Part shown: positions 62,139-64,000 of the stretch, in pieces
Layout of the letters: each line of letters starts with the position of its first letter
Numbering within the stretch: position 1 is the first letter of the stretch
Made by a program: the position numbers and the translations under genes
Assembly: GCA_028534125.1 (NCBI GenBank)
Contig: CM052817.1
Coordinates: forward strand, 45,200,001 to 45,264,000
DNA length: 64,000 nt
Origin: Lama glama
Taxonomy: Eukaryota
Reading direction: 5' to 3'
The notes under the pieces: model-generated
Told to the model about the DNA's origin: nothing
Database searches by the model: none
Seen by the model: the letters and a program-made list of their open reading frames with translations, nothing else

Positions 62139-64000
62139 TTCCTGTATTTTGGATGCTTGCTACTCTACCCACATAGAGAAATGGCTCACTTCCTCACCTT
62201 ATTTAAGTCTGCTTATATGTTACTTAGGTCTCTCCTGACTGTTCTAAGTTGAAGCCTCCCCATACTCCTCCCTCTGCTCTGCTTATTTCTATTACACTTA
62301 TCAGTCTGCTCCGTTATTCTCCCATATAGATTATTTCCCCATATTTCATCAGATCTAAGATGCCATCAAGTGTACCTCAGAGAAATGAAAAAAAAAAAAA
62401 AAACCCTTGCCAATTATGAGATACCATCTACTAAAAGATGCACCCCAATTTTAGGTTTCATAAAATGTGAAGAAATTTTCATCATAGGAGTAACAGAGTA
62501 TAGTATGTATTTTACATCTTTATCTTGTTTATTGTATGTTTCCCCACCATCACCAGAAGGTAAACCTATAAGGGTAGGGATTTTAGTCCTTTTGTAAGCT
62601 GCTCTATCTTCAGTGTTTAGCACAGTATCTGACACATACCGCTTGGTAGCTCTCTAATGGATGAATGAATTCCACAAATGAAAAAATTCCCACTTTCAGC
62701 TTATATTCATGGGAGCAGAAATTCCTCAGTACCGCTGCATTGTGTGGCCACCAGACTTCCTCTGTAGAGTCTGAATCAGGGTCCTCAGAAAATATTATAA
62801 ACTAATTTTAGTTTATGAATATTCTGTTGGCTTTCAATGACCAACTTAGTGATTAGCCTTTAGTCTTCTGTAAAGGTGAACATCTGTGGAAGGATGGACT
62901 TAATTTTTAGGATCAGATAGCAGCCCATTAGGAAAACCATCTCAACCTCCCAGTGGCCAGCTCACCTTGGTCTGAAATTCATTACACTAATGCAGCTGTT
63001 GTCATCACCACTGACTCCTATTACTACTTCTTTTTAAGACAGGTAATACATTCACATGATTAAAATATAAAGTACACAAAGGGTGTTTAGCAAAAAGTTC
63101 TCCCTACTGTTCCTTGGCCCCCCAGGCAATTAACAGAAATAATTCTTGTTTATTATTCCAGATATATGTGTATGTTATTTCTCTCTTTTAATAACACAAA
63201 TAAATACAGCACATCATACACATTGTTCCATACCTTACTTTTTCCCATTTAATACACCTTGGAAATTGTTACATATAAGAAGAGGTATTTGTCATCCTTT
63301 CCATGAAGTGCTTTTAAAATATTATTTAAAGCCCTAAGAATTCTTTGGAAGAGGAGGGTGCAAGAAAGTAGGTTCTGGGCCCCCCATCCTGCTCCATTTG
63401 ATCGATTTCATTGGTTTATACTTTCTATTTCCTTTGAACAAAAGATTCGGAGACTAAAATGTTGGACAGCCACCTCTCTTAGATGTGAAACGTGACCAAG
63501 GCAGGGACTTGGAATAGTTAAGTAGTCTCACATGCTCTAGAGTACAGGATTCAAATTCCTGTTCTACCTGTTTTGAGAACAATAATAATACCCTCCTCAT
63601 GTGGTTGTCAGGATTCTTTTAAATAATAGCTTTAATGTGCTTAGTACTTTAGTACATGAAACAGAGTAAGTACTCAATAAAGGTTACAGTGGAGACCCAC
63701 ACATCTTTGGTGTGTATCATCAGTTTCTTAACAACCGAACATTTAAAGATATTACCCTGTAATAGTACTCAACTCAAACTTTATTGGTTCATGTTACTGA
63801 AAATTCTGTTAATTCAGAGATGCCTTAATCTGGGGCATTTCAAGGTAATCTCTCCAGCATCTGGGCTTTCATTGTATCTGGACTCTGCTCTTTATATTGG
63901 TTTCTTTCTCTGACTCCATACAAGGGCAAGATGGCTGTCAGTTCCTGCAGTCCTGTAGTCTCCCAGGACCAAGTTCATGGAGGGCGACTCCTAACCTCTC

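Overview
Mammalian genomic DNA, AT-rich and repeat-dense, carrying the 5' two-thirds of USO1 (p115, the ER-Golgi vesicle tether) on the minus strand. I traced 17 constitutive coding exons by hand from the ATG at 57714 down to 2604. All have AG/GT boundaries and matching phases, totalling 1986 nt or 662 codons (armadillo-like head plus the start of the coiled coil); the remaining exons lie beyond position 1. Two in-frame microexons are missed by the ORF track: 12 nt (DDVE, 37958-37969) and 21 nt (GDKIDRR, 9292-9312). There is one U12-type minor-spliceosome intron (3441-3774). The promoter is a CpG island with NRF1, GC-box and tandem ACGTGGC motifs, and it may be bidirectional. Introns and the upstream flank hold a near full-length Tigger1, an ERV1-type solo LTR, MaLR LTRs, many L1/L2/MIR relics and young tRNA-derived SINEs. 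Those SINEs and one L1 3' end suggest a camelid genome (inference from recalled repeat families). I found no prokaryote-style system and no new protein-coding gene. The best leads are in splicing regulation (microexons with QKI/RBFOX/MBNL-type motifs and a candidate poison exon), promoter architecture, and a 98-nt intronic hairpin. Repeat family names come from memory of consensus sequences, and repeat edges without a TSD are approximate.
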